Below, piece after piece: positions 48,735-61,494 of a stretch of 64,000 bases of DNA. The notes under the pieces are model-generated. The model was not told the DNA's origin. It did not search any database and was given only the letters and a program-made list of their open reading frames with translations. Source of the stretch: Callorhinchus milii (Eukaryota). Each line of letters opens with the position of its first letter. The stretch's first letter is position 1. A program made the position numbers and the translations under genes. The stretch spans positions 125,056,001 through 125,120,000 of the forward strand of contig NW_024704742.1 in NCBI RefSeq assembly GCF_018977255.1, given 5' to 3'.

Positions 48735-51364
48735 TACACTTTTCAGTATATCCTGTGAAGTTCTTTGAGACATCTCGACAATATAAGACAACAACTTGCA
48801 TTTATATAGCGCTCTTCACGTGAGGTAGTGTCCTGTAGTTAAGAAACTACATCAAATGTAAGGATTATTTTTAAGTTGTGAGGTGTGGCCGCATTTGCCA
48901 CAGGGATGCAGTCCAAATGGTGGATATACTTAGGATTTTAGTAAAAATTCAAAACAGGGTTATGATTTAGGTAAGAATTACTTTTGGAAATTTTGCATTT
49001 GCAACAGCACAACAGCATGTTATTGCTTACTAATTCCGTGGCTTTTAAGGGAAGGTTGCCTCACACATCGCAGCGAACATCCTTTTGTTTTGGACACACA
49101 GCCCCATTTGTTAAACATTCAAACGTCTGAAATACTTACTTTTATTTCTGTGAAAACACAAAATTACTCTTTCACAACATGCTGTAATTCCAGTGAAAAT
49201 GGGACAAATCATTTCAGATTTATTTTTCCAACTCCACCTTCCCTCCTTTGACATCGTAGCTCTAAAAGCCGGAAAAAAGACAACAGGCAGAGTTGTCTTT
49301 CTTCCCCCTACTTGTAGTCGCACTTAAGTATCATGTTAAGCCTGAGGCAGAGGAGCCTGGCCTGCTGTGGCTGGATTCATGTTTACTGTACTCTACTCAG
49401 AAAGCAGTGCAGGATACCATCTCTTATCGGAGCGTAAGGTCTAACAGATTGGAGACTCAAATTTCCCCTTCTGGGCAATGTTGGTTTTGTCCATTGTTCA
49501 CCCTGACAAAAGTTTTACCGATCCTACAGCTTGAATTTCTGCTTTAGTTTCCAGTATCACCTCAGGCAAAGAATCAGCATTCTCAGTATCTAGAAACTGC
49601 CCAAAAGGCTCCTAGCAGCACTAGCACGACTGCCTACTATGTCTGGCTAAGCTGATGTTGTTTGCTTTTGGAACAGTTATTACAAAGTTGTACAAGCAAT
49701 CTCTCAGGGTTTGAAAAGGAACGAGAAACAATTAATGGTGTCGAGAAGGAGACATTGCTCCTAGCATTTACAAAGGAAGAGTTTTGACTAAAATCACAAG
49801 ATTGCAGGTTGTTCATTGTTCATTCACACTTGTCAGAATGTAAGTTCATGATTTAGTAAAAGTAGCATTTCTTAGCTATGAGGACCAATCAACCGGATTT
49901 AATCAGTGCCTTTCAAGCAGCAATCTGAAAGTATTATGCAACTATCTCTCAGTGTGTTCACGTTTGATTGGAATAGAAATTTTTATTTTAAATATTATGG
50001 CATGTTTTTGTCAATTTCCATAATGTACTCCTGGAGTCAAGGATAAAACAATGGTCTGGGGAGAAATATTAAAGACATATTCATTTTCTTTCAGATTTAT
50101 TATACAGTATAATATTATGCTTGGTTTACCTGCCAATTTGTAATCTTGCCAGAGATCAAAAAAAATTACACACTTGACAATTTTCCTTTGAAATAATTAG
50201 AGCAAATGGGTATTTACAAATCTTTACACTGCTTTACATAAGCAATATATTACGATAGATTTATATGAATACATGATAGGCTCATTAAGCTTTGAATAAA
50301 ACAACTATAAATTTTAGCAAAATCCAAAACCTATAATTTATTAAAGGGATTATTTTAGAGCTACAACCCCTTAGAAAAATGTTATGATTTTAAAGTTTTA
50401 TCACCAAAGTCAATTCACTGACTAAGAATTGCACTTAAAACTCAATTCATTTTTGTACGAGCAATTCCAATCCTCAAGTATCCACTTTCTTTGTAAATAG
50501 TTCATGATCCCCAGTCTCCAACTTTACATCTTGCCAAATGCAGGATCTCATTCTGAGCATCCAGGATAGAAATGAAAAGTAAAATCCTCACACTGGATAG
50601 CATTTCAAAGGAGATTGTTTTTAGTGAGCAGCCTGTTCAGTGATAATATTTCTTTGCGTGGGGCTGGGAAGTTTAAATGACAGTATTTCTTTTACATCCA
50701 GTAAAATGGTATTTTGTGAACGGGGTCAACATCCTATTTTAGGACTATCTTGTTGCTTTCTCGTAAACATCAAAGGGTTGCATACGCATATACTCAATTG
50801 AAAATAAACTGTACCAGAAACCAAACGGAACGGTATGCATTTTTCTAAATTTTACAAACGACACAAATAAAATATGCTGTAGACAGAGCCAAATAAACTA
50901 AAAAGGAGCACTTTCTGACTATTGAGGTAAGGCACTTTGGACTGTTCTGGTACCTATAGCCCTTTGGTTCAGTGGGATTTTAACTTATCACAGCTAGTAA
51001 TTTAAACCACTTATTTAGCAGAGTACAGAAGTAATTATTGGGAACCATCAGGAAAGAAAACTTTCATGTCTGTTGATGGAGTGGCAACAGCATAGAAAAC
51101 TAACTAAGCAATGCTTTAAAGCTCCCCTTACTAAATTAGTGATGGTAAGGAAGCAGAACATTGCATAGAACTCATAAGTCTTTTTCACTGAAATGAATCC
51201 ATCCAAGTTGCAAGGAGGAGAGCTGCAAGGAGATTATTTGGCAATGGAAGAACATTCTCAGAAATCCCTCCAGAGAGTGGGGTCAGGGACATAAGTGCCA
51301 AATAATTTAGGGAGAAAATCAGTCTCCGCGCCCAGAAAGTAGGACCTAGCGAGAGGTGGTAAAG

Positions 51365-51810
51365 AGAACAACAACCTGCATTCATATAGCTTCAAAATGA
51401 CAAGGGCAGACACCAAGCAAGGAAAAAAAGGGAATAGGGGAAGGAGGAGATAATCATAGGTGCAGTTGAAGAGGTAGGTTTTAGGCAGGATTTAAAGACA
51501 ATCAGAGAGGAGGAAAAACATGGGCTAGAAGGATGGAATTCTAGCATTTAAAGTCATAGCAGATGAAGGCTTGGCTACCATTGTGGTACAAGAGGGGCGG
51601 GGGATACACAGCAGGCCTGAGTTTGTCGATCAGAGGGAGTGAACAGAGAAGTGAGATAGAAGAAGATCACAGTAGCAGAGAGGTGCATTCGTGAAGGCAT
51701 TCGTGTGAGAGAATGAAGACTTTGAATCGATCCACTGGGAGCCAATGGAGCCTGGCGAGGATTGGGGTGTTGAACATGTGGAGTTTGGTGCAGGTGAGGA
51801 TGGAATCAGT
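51365..51810 (-). mobile_element. Old L2 3' fragment
   Basis: CCACTGGGAGCCAATGGAGCCTGGCGAGGATTGGGG is the reverse of PILARLHWLP. Tail ACAACAACCTGCATTCATATAGC. Confidence 0.7.
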
Positions 51811-52792
51811 GGACCAGTGATATAGAGAAAATCATCAAAGAGACAAGTTCATTGAAATAACAAGCCAGAGTAATAATTGGAGTTAAATTCACAAAATAAG
51901 AGAGTCGATAAGACATTTTCACAGGTGAGCATGTTCAATTTAAAGAGCTTAAAATTGTGGTAAAAATGATTTTTAGATCCAATATTGCTGAATGTGAGCT
52001 TTTAGGTATAAGAAGAGCCACTAGACCTAACCAGCCTGACCCAGTTTTAAATATTACCTTAATACACATTGTTTCCATAAAGGTTTTGGCTCTTGTGCAC
52101 GTGTGTCATTGTTTATCTTTTATATGACAGCTGATGTTGGCCCCCAGCACTATATTGGAGTGTCAGCCAAGCCTCCAAGCTCAAAATACAGACAATAGAC
52201 TTGAACCCACTAACTTCTGAATCTGAGACGGGAGTGCTGCCAATTGGGCCAGGCTGACACATACGGTGCAAAATACATCTTTTAAAAATAATCAAGATTA
52301 CATACTTTTACTCACTCTATATAAAGTTTAGCACAATTTTTTTTATTCCAAGCACTCTCATTATTAATGGAGTAAAGCCATCACTGTTATAACTCAATAC
52401 TGTTCTTTTAAGTAAAGGCTTATTAATATTCATTGGCACCAAAGATATACAGTTCAGAAGACACTGAAGCAACATGAAATGCTATTAATGCCAATTATGT
52501 TTTACATATGAGCGTATAAGATAATTTCATATCCAAGATGATCTAAAGGTAATGGTGAGCTTTAGGGTATCTCAGGGTGATTCACTGAGCCAATGATGGA
52601 TGGTTTTAGCACTCATTGTTCCATGAGCCAAAACAATCCTAGATGTGGTAAACCTCTTCCCCCAGTACAAACAATCACTTTGTTTCTAATTGCCTAAATC
52701 TGATTAATTTTGGTTACATGTACATAAATCTTCCATCAGGCACCATTTACAAAGGGACATTTGTGCCCTGTGGGTTAGCTGCCTTTATTATA

Positions 52793-53318
52793 CTAGATGT
52801 ACCCGTTGCAAGCAAAAGATCCAATATGGAATGTAGATTGACACACAGACAGACACGCAGATAGACATTTTGTCTTTATCTACACTCAGCTGGGAGGACT
52901 CCTGGTTGGGAGGACTCCTGGTTGGGAAGATTCTTGGTTGGGAGGACTCCTGGTTGGGAGGACTCCTGTGGGAATACTCTTGTTGGGAGTTCCGTACGTG
53001 TGTGATAAGCTTGTTTAGGTCATAGCTTTTCTTTGTGCTACTTTGTTGCAGAATATATTAATATAGATGTATCTCTAGAAGGGTGTGTGGTTTCCTTTGT
53101 ACAGGAGAATACCATGTATTCCTCATATTTTTGGGGCTTAATTAAAGCATTTTGTAATATAGCTCATCATGAGGAGATATCTGAAAACAAATATGCCCAT
53201 GACACTCCTCCATGCAAAACCTTTCCGATGATGTATAAATCATGTCCTTACATCAATCGGTTATTGCGTTCCCAGCAGACAGACACACAGACAGATATTT
53301 TATCTTTATTAGTATTGA
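52793..53318 (-). mobile_element. Non-autonomous Helitron-like element
   Basis: Minus strand reads A|TCAATACTAATAA...GCAACGGGTACATCTAG|T: 5'-TC, 3'-CTAG, inserted between A and T with no TSD. Has a decayed subterminal hairpin and (CAGA)n-like tracts. Confidence 0.65.
52891..52990. repeat. 16-bp minisatellite TGGGAGGACTCCTGGT, about 6.5 copies
   Basis: Units start at 52891, 52907, 52923, 52939, 52955 and 52969. Confidence 0.95.
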
Positions 53319-54627
53319 TAGAAGATCTGCTTCAGCTGTTAGGATACTTACTAACTGAAGCCCAACCCCACTGAAAAATACAGCTCATGATATCTCCCAA
53401 TGTCTAATTCATATCAAAGAATTTCGAATTATTTAGTCAAGTCAAGGCTGGATGTGATAAAAGTGTGGTTGAGAACCACACATGATAAAAGGGCTATGCA
53501 TGATAAAAGCATGGAGAATTATTTCTTAATGAAGTTTCCTATTTTAGGTGACTGTTATTTTTTGGGTGCAGGTGGGGTGGTGGGGGGTTGGTGAGTGGGT
53601 GGTGTTGGAACGATTATATTTTCCGATGTGATTTGACGTCAGTTCTTCTTTTGTGTAATTGGAACAATTGCTGCCAGGGAAACTCAGCCAGTTGCTATAA
53701 CCACGGCATCAGGTGAATACATTTGGTCTATGACATTGGAGGGCAAAAAAGGCTTGAGTGATTGCTATCACAGAGTGGAGAGTACTTAATTTTTGTCAGA
53801 GTCTTTACTTTAGTACCATTAGTAGACTTGGATTCACTACCGGGGACTACCGAACAATGTACTCTATGTCTTATGACTCAACTGTAGCAGGCCAGTAATA
53901 GTGATTTGGACTACTGCTTTGGAACTCATTGTCTTGTCCATAACTCAGAAATTATGTCTCTAGGCCATGCTGAGGGGTCACACAATCTGTGCATGGCAGC
54001 TGGAACATATATCTAGTAGCCATGCAACATGAACAGATCGTGTCTCCACACTGAACACTATGTAAAGGATGAACCAGCTGACATCTGTTGAATGCGAAAA
54101 ATATTCAAACTTTATTCAGACATTAAAGGTAACTGTGGAATACTGTTGTGAAATCTTATGTTTAGGTTGACACTGTCTTTAAGTATTATTTAACTGATCC
54201 CAGGGCAATGCTTTGTGCAGGAGGGTAAATGCTATTGGTCTCTTCAAAAAGTTCTGAAATTGATACCTCATTTGGTAGTAAAAGGTGACAAAGAACAATA
54301 TTGAGAATATTGATTGAGACTCAGAGGATTTGAATCAATGTGACAGATGTTGCTTGCAGCTAATAATTTTGACACCTAAGGATCAATGATGAAGATTATG
54401 GTATAAGGTTTATGATATGTGAAACTAATGCATGTTAATAACCACTAAATATCAACAATGGTTGGGACAATTTCTCAGAAGTCTTCACTTGACATTTTCC
54501 TATCTGCAGTTCAGGGCAAACTAGTTTTAAGCAGTTAACTAGAGCACTAATTCACTCATAACATTATCTACCATGATCTCTCCAGTAAGCTTGAACCATC
54601 ACCACACACCTCTTGTGGACTAAAATA

Positions 54628-54875
54628 ATACAAATAATCCTTGCATTTGATATAGTGCCTTATTACATCATTGAGCATCTCAAAGCGCTTCACAGGATAT
54701 ACTGTGAAGTGAATTGACTGTATATTTTGTGCCAAAACACGGAAGCCAATTGTGCACAGCTGTGTCCTACAAACAGTCAAAGATTGAGTGACCAAATTAT
54801 TATTTATTTATTTTTTTAAAGGGATTATTCCCAGAGGAAAATGATCCGCCAATCGACTAACAATCAGGTTCTGTT
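54628..54875 (-). mobile_element. tRNA-SINE long variant, 5'-truncated
   Basis: Tail, Deu part and TTGTTAGTCGATTGGCGGATC segment on the minus strand. Confidence 0.8.
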
Positions 54876-55214
54876 TGAACCCACAATCCTCTAACTCAAC
54901 AACAACAAGTTGCATTTATATAGCTCCCTTCAAGCCGGTAGCACCTTGGATTGCTTTAAAACACCTCAGAGATTGAAACCTAAAACACACCGTCTCTGGA
55001 TACCAAGCCATTAAACTTATGATCTGACTTATGATACTATTTTCTCAGGGGTTAATAGGTCAGGTTTATTTTTATATTTCAATATTGTTATACTGAATAA
55101 TTTTATATGTATTGAGCAAGAAACTGGATATCTGTATTTGCCCACTGCAAAAGATACACTAGGAAGAAATGAATTCGATTGGGATTTCATTACATTAATA
55201 CAAACTGAAACACA

Positions 55215-55580
55215 GTCAGAAGGTTGTGGGTTCAAGCCCCATATCAGGGCTTTGACCTATCAGGTTTTGGCTGACGTGCCAATGCTGTGCTTAGGGAGTG
55301 CTACACTGATGGTTGAGCCATCCTACGGATGACACGTTAGATGGATGCTAAGGACATCTCGTCAAAAAGATAGGGAAATTTCTCCTTATTGTGGTTCTGG
55401 CCAACAATCCCCCAAATAAAATTGGTCACTCATTTCATCGCTGCTTGTGCGACTTTGTTAAAACTAAGCTGCCCTGTTTCACCTGCAAAATACACATCGA
55501 CTACATCGTACAATAAAAAATCCTATGAAGTCCTCCTGACCTGAAAGGCACTGTGCCAAATGTAAGGTTTAACTATTATG
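55215..55580 (+). mobile_element. Deu-domain SINE
   Basis: AGTCAGAAGGTTGTGGGTTCAAGCCCC head, TGGCCAACAATCCCCCAAATAAAATTGGTCA, and tail. Confidence 0.8.
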
Positions 55581-56639
55581 TTAACTATTTCTTACAGCTT
55601 TGCTTTTAGCTTTTCCAAATTTCTGTTGCTCGTCATGTCTTGGTAGGAAGCATCCGATTGCAAGTCACCTAGTTGATGAAGTGATATTCATCTTACTGAA
55701 TGATACAATGGAATATCATTGCTGGGTATATTATCTCTTAGTAAAAGGATTTGAGTTATTTTTTCCTGTAACATGCTCTTCGTGTCAACTGACACTATTA
55801 TAGTCATAGTCTGGTGTGCTAATCTTTCAAAAGCCCCACTGTGTAGTGTTTGATCCGAAACAGCTTGGCAAAACCCAATGCCTATAACTACAGCAGTGGC
55901 AAAAAAAAAGACATTGATGTAATGGAAGCTAGAAACGTAATTGAATAGAAAAATGAACCCTCATCAACTGAAAAAGAAAGACTATAGGACTATAAGACTA
56001 TAAGAAATAAAGATGTCTGGGAGTGAGACCAAGGGTGTAACGGACTCTTGGGGTTTCACGGGGTATTCATAAACCACTCGAGCTTTGATCTCATGTTCAT
56101 GGGATTCTTTAAACCCTTGAGGGTATTCTAGGCATTTTACACCCAGCTCTCTCTTTCTCCACATCAATGTATGGTTACGTGTAGAACTCGAATATCACCG
56201 AAGTCTTTGAAACTGTGCACAGAAACACTCTTAGATAGATTGTGCATTCAAAGTGCAGGTCAATACAATGCATTTTACAATTATATAACACCTTTCACGT
56301 GGGACGGACATCTCAAAGCACTTGACAATGCTGGATGGCCACGTGAACTGGGGGTGGCAACTGAGAGAGAGTGCAGAGGAGAACATTGGAACACTGAATC
56401 ATACCAGACAATATAGAATAGGTTGGTAAAGTATCTTGTACTTTTTCTATTTACTGTCTGTGCAACTAAAAAGAATATTCACACAGTGTAAATTTTCTTC
56501 AAGTGGACTGTGTTAACCTCATTTCCTTTTGGACCAATGAAAGTCCTTGAACTGTTTCAATATGTTGGATAAGATTGTTTTATGCTGTCAGAGTCAATAA
56601 CATTTAAAAAGAAACCCTCTATTCTTGTGCACTGAGTAA

Positions 56640-57740
56640 GGTGCACAGAGCATTCTCAACTCTTAAGTCAGAAGTTTGTGGGTTCAAGCTCCACTCTGTA
56701 CTTTGAACTCATTTTGTCTAGACTCACACTACAATACAGTTTCAGAGGTAAGCTGTATTGTTGGAAGTGCCTTTCTTTGTATGAGACTTATGTCTGCTTA
56801 TTCAGGTGGATCTTAAAGATCTCATAGCAATATTTAAAAAGAGAAGGGAGTGTCCAGTCCATTGAGCCCCCAGACACAATTGATCATTCATTTCATGGCT
56901 GTTTGTGGGACCTTGCAAATTGGCTGTCGGTTTGCCAACACATACACAGCCATTATACTTTTGAGAAGTCTTGATTATGTGATGAGGTACTCCATTAACA
57001 GCAACAACAACACGATTCCATTTATAGAGCGCCTTTCACGTCGGGAGGACGTCCCAAGGCGCTGTACAGTTGGGTCAGGACCCGAGCATTGGTGGGGAAA
57101 TGGTCAGGGTGAGGGGAGGGAAATACAAGTATTATTTAACTACTAAATGAGGAAGGGTTTTTTCAAACCTAATTCAAGGCAGGTATAATAATAATAATAA
57201 TAATTTTTCTATTTGATATAGTGCCTTATCACATCTTCGAGACGTCTCAAAGTGCTTTTCAGAATATACTGTAAAGTGAATTGACTGTATATTTTGTGGG
57301 TGAAACACGGCAGCCAAATGCTCACAGCAGTGTCCCACAAACTGTCATGGATTGAGTGACTAATCTATTATTATTATAATAATAATATAAGGTAGGAACT
57401 GTGGGCTTTTCACTCCACATCCCTACACTGATAGCACAGGTAGCCTTGATGATACAAATGATGGTTTGTCTCAGTTGGTAGAAGTCTTGTCTCTATGTCA
57501 GAGATTGTTAATTCAAAACTCAAGAGTTTGCTGTCTATGCTGGCACTCCTGGGCACTATGGGAGATTGTTGCATTGTCAGTGCTGCCATCTTTAAATTAA
57601 ACATATGTCCTCCATCTTATTCTTATATCTTAAAAATCCCATGATACTATTTGAAAAGAGAATGTCTTTTCACTCAATCCTGGCCAATTACACCTCCAAA
57701 TAAATTGGTTATTCACATCAAGACTATTTGTGGGACATTC
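56640..57740. mobile_element. Cluster: DeuSINE (+, 56640-56995), L2 tail (-, 57000-57120), SINE tail (-, 57188-57375), DeuSINE (+, 57460-57740)
   Basis: Same diagnostic motifs as the other copies in the window. Confidence 0.75.
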
Positions 57741-58547
57741 ACTACTGTATGTAGACATGTACATATAAAGGCCTCCTAGAAGATGCTAGATAAATTGAAG
57801 TTCTTCTTTGTTTTTCTTTGCTATACTGCACACACCAAGCTCCAAACATGACTAGAAACAAGATAGAACATTTTTCCCCACACAATCATAGAAAAGTCTC
57901 CTGGCTAGAGGAATTCATGCAGTGTCTATTAACTGCTTCAAAAAAGGACTGGTACATATATGATGAGAAGCAAAATGAAAGCTACAGATCTAAGTTTGGA
58001 TTGTGAAAAACAACTGCTCCATGAAATATTAATTCTGTGATGCTCTGATCGAGGGTTTATCAATGGCACACATTTCCATTGTTCAGTAGATTGTTTAGTG
58101 TGCATGGAAAAACATTATTGGTTTGATTCCAAATCAACCTAAAAATGACATCCATTGCAACACTGTGCCAATTCAGAAGATGAAATTAAAATCTATGCTG
58201 AAGAACAATACAGAAAATAATTATTTAGTTAATACACACTAATAATAATTGTTTGTAAGAAAGGACCACTTTTCAAACTGTACCATGGCTATTGTGAGGA
58301 CAGGCAAGCCTTTCCAATCACTTTGCAGCGGAAATGGAGGTCAAAGGAATAGATATGATCACATTTTAGATTGTATCCTTTGTTACAATTGAAGGAAGGA
58401 AAAGGGCAGTTGTAGCTGATTATGACCACTTCCCCCACCACTTCTGGAGAAGAAAGTTTTTGCAGTGTAAGAATCAAAGTGCATAACTATTAATGGAATA
58501 GTGACATTCCTACCAGTTTGCTCATTCTACAGGCATTTGCATACAAA

Positions 58548-58905
58548 ATAATAATAATCCTTACATTTGATATAGCATAGTTACATCTCTGAGACGTCTC
58601 AAAATGCTTCAAAGAATATACTGTAAAGTGGATTGACTGTACATTATGTGTGAAATGCGGTAGCCAATTGCGTACATCAGTGTCCCACAAACAGTCGCCG
58701 ATTGAATGACCAAATTTTTCTTATTTTTTTTTCAAAGGGAATATTATCCCCAGAAAAGCGAGCCTCTAATCGATTAACAACTAGGTTCCTACTTGCTGTA
58801 GGTAACCAGAGGCATGTAGAGTAAGGAAGCTTGCTCAACATTTCAAACCCGCGTCCTCTCGCTTGTGAGGCGAGTGCTCTAATCACTAAGCTACAGGACC
58901 CCACA
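58548..58905 (-). mobile_element. tRNA-derived SINE, long variant
   Basis: Minus strand GGGTCCTGTAGCTTAGTGATTAGAGCACTCGCCTCACAAGCGAG, then the Meta-like domain and tail. Confidence 0.85.
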
Positions 58906-60054
58906 TAAACAATGACTACATTTTACGGTGTGAAGCATTTTGAGAGATCAAATGCAAGGATTATTATTATTGTCTTCAGGATGTGGAAATATTTGTAAAA
59001 TAAGTGTTAGAATAATAAGTTGATACTTGGTGATGGAAAAAAAGTTTTTTGCAAATATTTGAATCTGCATATTTTGCACGAACTGTAAAAAATCATGATT
59101 TAATCTATCATCTCATTCACAATGCTCTCATTCATTGGTATTGTGAAGCTAGCTAGTAGGTAATAATCTATGCTGTAGACAAAACATGACCTGATATAAC
59201 GTCTTTATCTGAAGATTTCACTCATCTTAATGCTTTGCTCCTACGGAAGTCAGACCAAGGGAAGCTATGTTGGAGCCAGCAATTATTTGGAGACATTTAT
59301 AGGGGATGTTAGTCAAGGAAATGACATTTCTGCGACAGTCGGGTGATCGGTTTGGTGGTGTTAACCTGCTTTACATTGTCAGAGAGGGATGTGCTGGTGC
59401 TTGATGCTCTCAGTACAGTTTATGCAGCTGCTCCATAACTTTATATGGTAAAAGCTCAAATTTGTAGCTATTCAAGGATAATGAGTGCATGTGCATTTTT
59501 TAAATTTCTTATATTTCGTACAGCAAAATATTAACAACTTAAAAAGCACCTCTGCTACAACATTTTTTTCAAAGTAGGCTGCTTTATGCATCTTCAATTT
59601 TCAAATTGGTCGCCGTGCCATGCAACAACAACTTGCATTTATACAGCGCCCCTCACACTGGGTAGTGTCCCAAAGCACTACTGTTCTCTGCACTGTTCTC
59701 TGTCCAAGGCTATTTACTCCCAGACCTCCATCAATTTTACACTGTAGTTGTCTACTGGGAGCTGTGTTAAAGCAGCAAAGGTGACCCTACATGTCTTATT
59801 TTCCATCTGACTCTAGAGTTGAGAGGAGCACTTGGCCTCCACTCTATCCCTTCTCCTACATGATAGTGTTCTTTCTCTGGAATTTGTGGAACTTAATCGG
59901 TGTTTTATTAATTTGTGCCTCATTGTTTTCTGTTCCAGCACCTTACCTTTCACCCACAAAATACAGTCAATTTACTCTACAGTATATCCTGTGAAGTGCT
60001 TTGAGATGTCTCAATTATGTGATAAGATACTATATTTAGTGTCTTAGTGATAAG

Positions 60055-60478
60055 ACTGCACTGGCTGCCTATCCCAGAGAGGATCGATTTCAAGATCCTC
60101 ACCCTTGTATTCAAATCCCTCCACTCCTCTGAACCTCCCCTACCTCTCTGACCTCCTCTCTCCTCAAAACAGTACCCATTGCCCCTGTTCCTCCGGGTCT
60201 GGCCTCCTCCTCATCCCCCGAGTCCTCCGCTCCACCCTCGGCAGCTGTGCCTTCAGCCACTATGCCCCGAGGCTCTGGAATTCCCTTCCTCACTCCCTTC
60301 GCCTCGCCTCCTCTCTTCCTATTTTCAGGTCCCTGCTGAAGACCTTTCTTTTCGACTGCGCCTTTGGTCACCTTCCCACCCCTCCCCCTGGCTCGGTCCC
60401 GGGATCCGTTACTGTAAAGCACTCTGAGACGCCATCCGGCCTGGAGGGTGTTATATAAATCCAAGTTGTTGTTGTTGT
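60055..60478 (+). mobile_element. L2 3' fragment
   Basis: LHWLP...IDFKILTL...PYLSDLL...AFSHYAPRLWNSLP...LKTFLF, followed by a (TTG)n tail. Confidence 0.92.
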
Positions 60479-60549
60479 ATATCAAATGCAAGGATCATTA
60501 TTATTATTACACTTTAGTCTTCCCAGCTACTTTCATTCATAGTAAATTT

Positions 60550-60740
60550 CATAAAATCATAGAATACTATAGCACAGAAGGAGGCCATTTGACTCATAGT
60601 GTCTGTGCTGGCTCTTTGAAAGATCTATCCAATTAGTCCCACTCCCCCACTCTTTCCCGCAGCCTTACAATTTTTTTCTTTTGATTCATCCAATTGCCCT
60701 TCAAAAGTTAGTACTGAATCTGCTTCCACTGCCCTTTCTA
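60550..60740 (-). mobile_element. CR1 3' end
   Basis: CATAGAATACTATAGCACAGAAGGAGGCCATT...GTCTGTGCTGGCTCTTTGAAAG matches 38460-38640. Confidence 0.8.
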
Positions 60741-61494
60741 TTGAAAAGAAACTTATTTTGCGCTAATCCAGCTGCGATTTGAATCCATTCTAACAGAAAC
60801 TGATACACTTTTCTCTGCAACATTGGCAGTGAATAATACTGATAGAATCTTTAAAAACAGATTAGAAGCTGATCAAACTTCTTTTAAAGTGAATGTGCAT
60901 AAATGGTGGAGTCAATCCTTTCTTTACACCGTTTGACTCGTTTTACTTTTCATTGTGATTTATTTCCCTTTGTTATTTTGTGGTCATGTTTCAGACCAGC
61001 AAACTGTTCTGTCTGCTGCAGTGTTAGCACCAACTTGCCACTTAAAATAAAGGGCCATTTTGGCACGAATTCAACTTTTGGCATAATTACTGCTAAATTG
61101 CCTTTTTGCTGTTCATCAATCACAGGTGGAATGCATTAGCAGGCAGGCACTATATATCACCAAATATATTAGTTACTTGTATTAAGAAATAGACCTGACT
61201 AAATAAGTCACACAGTGATATTTCTTTTAAATATGGGATTATAGATCTGTTACAATTCAAGCAGAGCTATGCGACGTGGAACACACCATGCACCTTCTTT
61301 TGTCCTGTTTATTATATTGATGTGAGAACCATATATTTTTTAACAGAGGCTTATTCAGTTGTCTTTGTGACTATCATCACAACATTACAAGATTGGTTTG
61401 GATGAAGAAGATCCTTTAGTCCATCTGATCATATCCCATGGAACACCTGCACAACCATCTCCCATCACAGCTTCAAGCTTCTTTTTAAATGAAA

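Noticed and set aside
52891..52990. CRISPR-like array
   Set aside because: The units are contiguous 16-mers with no unique spacers, in a vertebrate context with no cas genes.
58289..58477. Sushi/CCP-domain exon suggested by FNCNKGYNL
   Set aside because: The remaining Cys/Trp/Pro spacing does not fit the domain and there is no convincing donor site.
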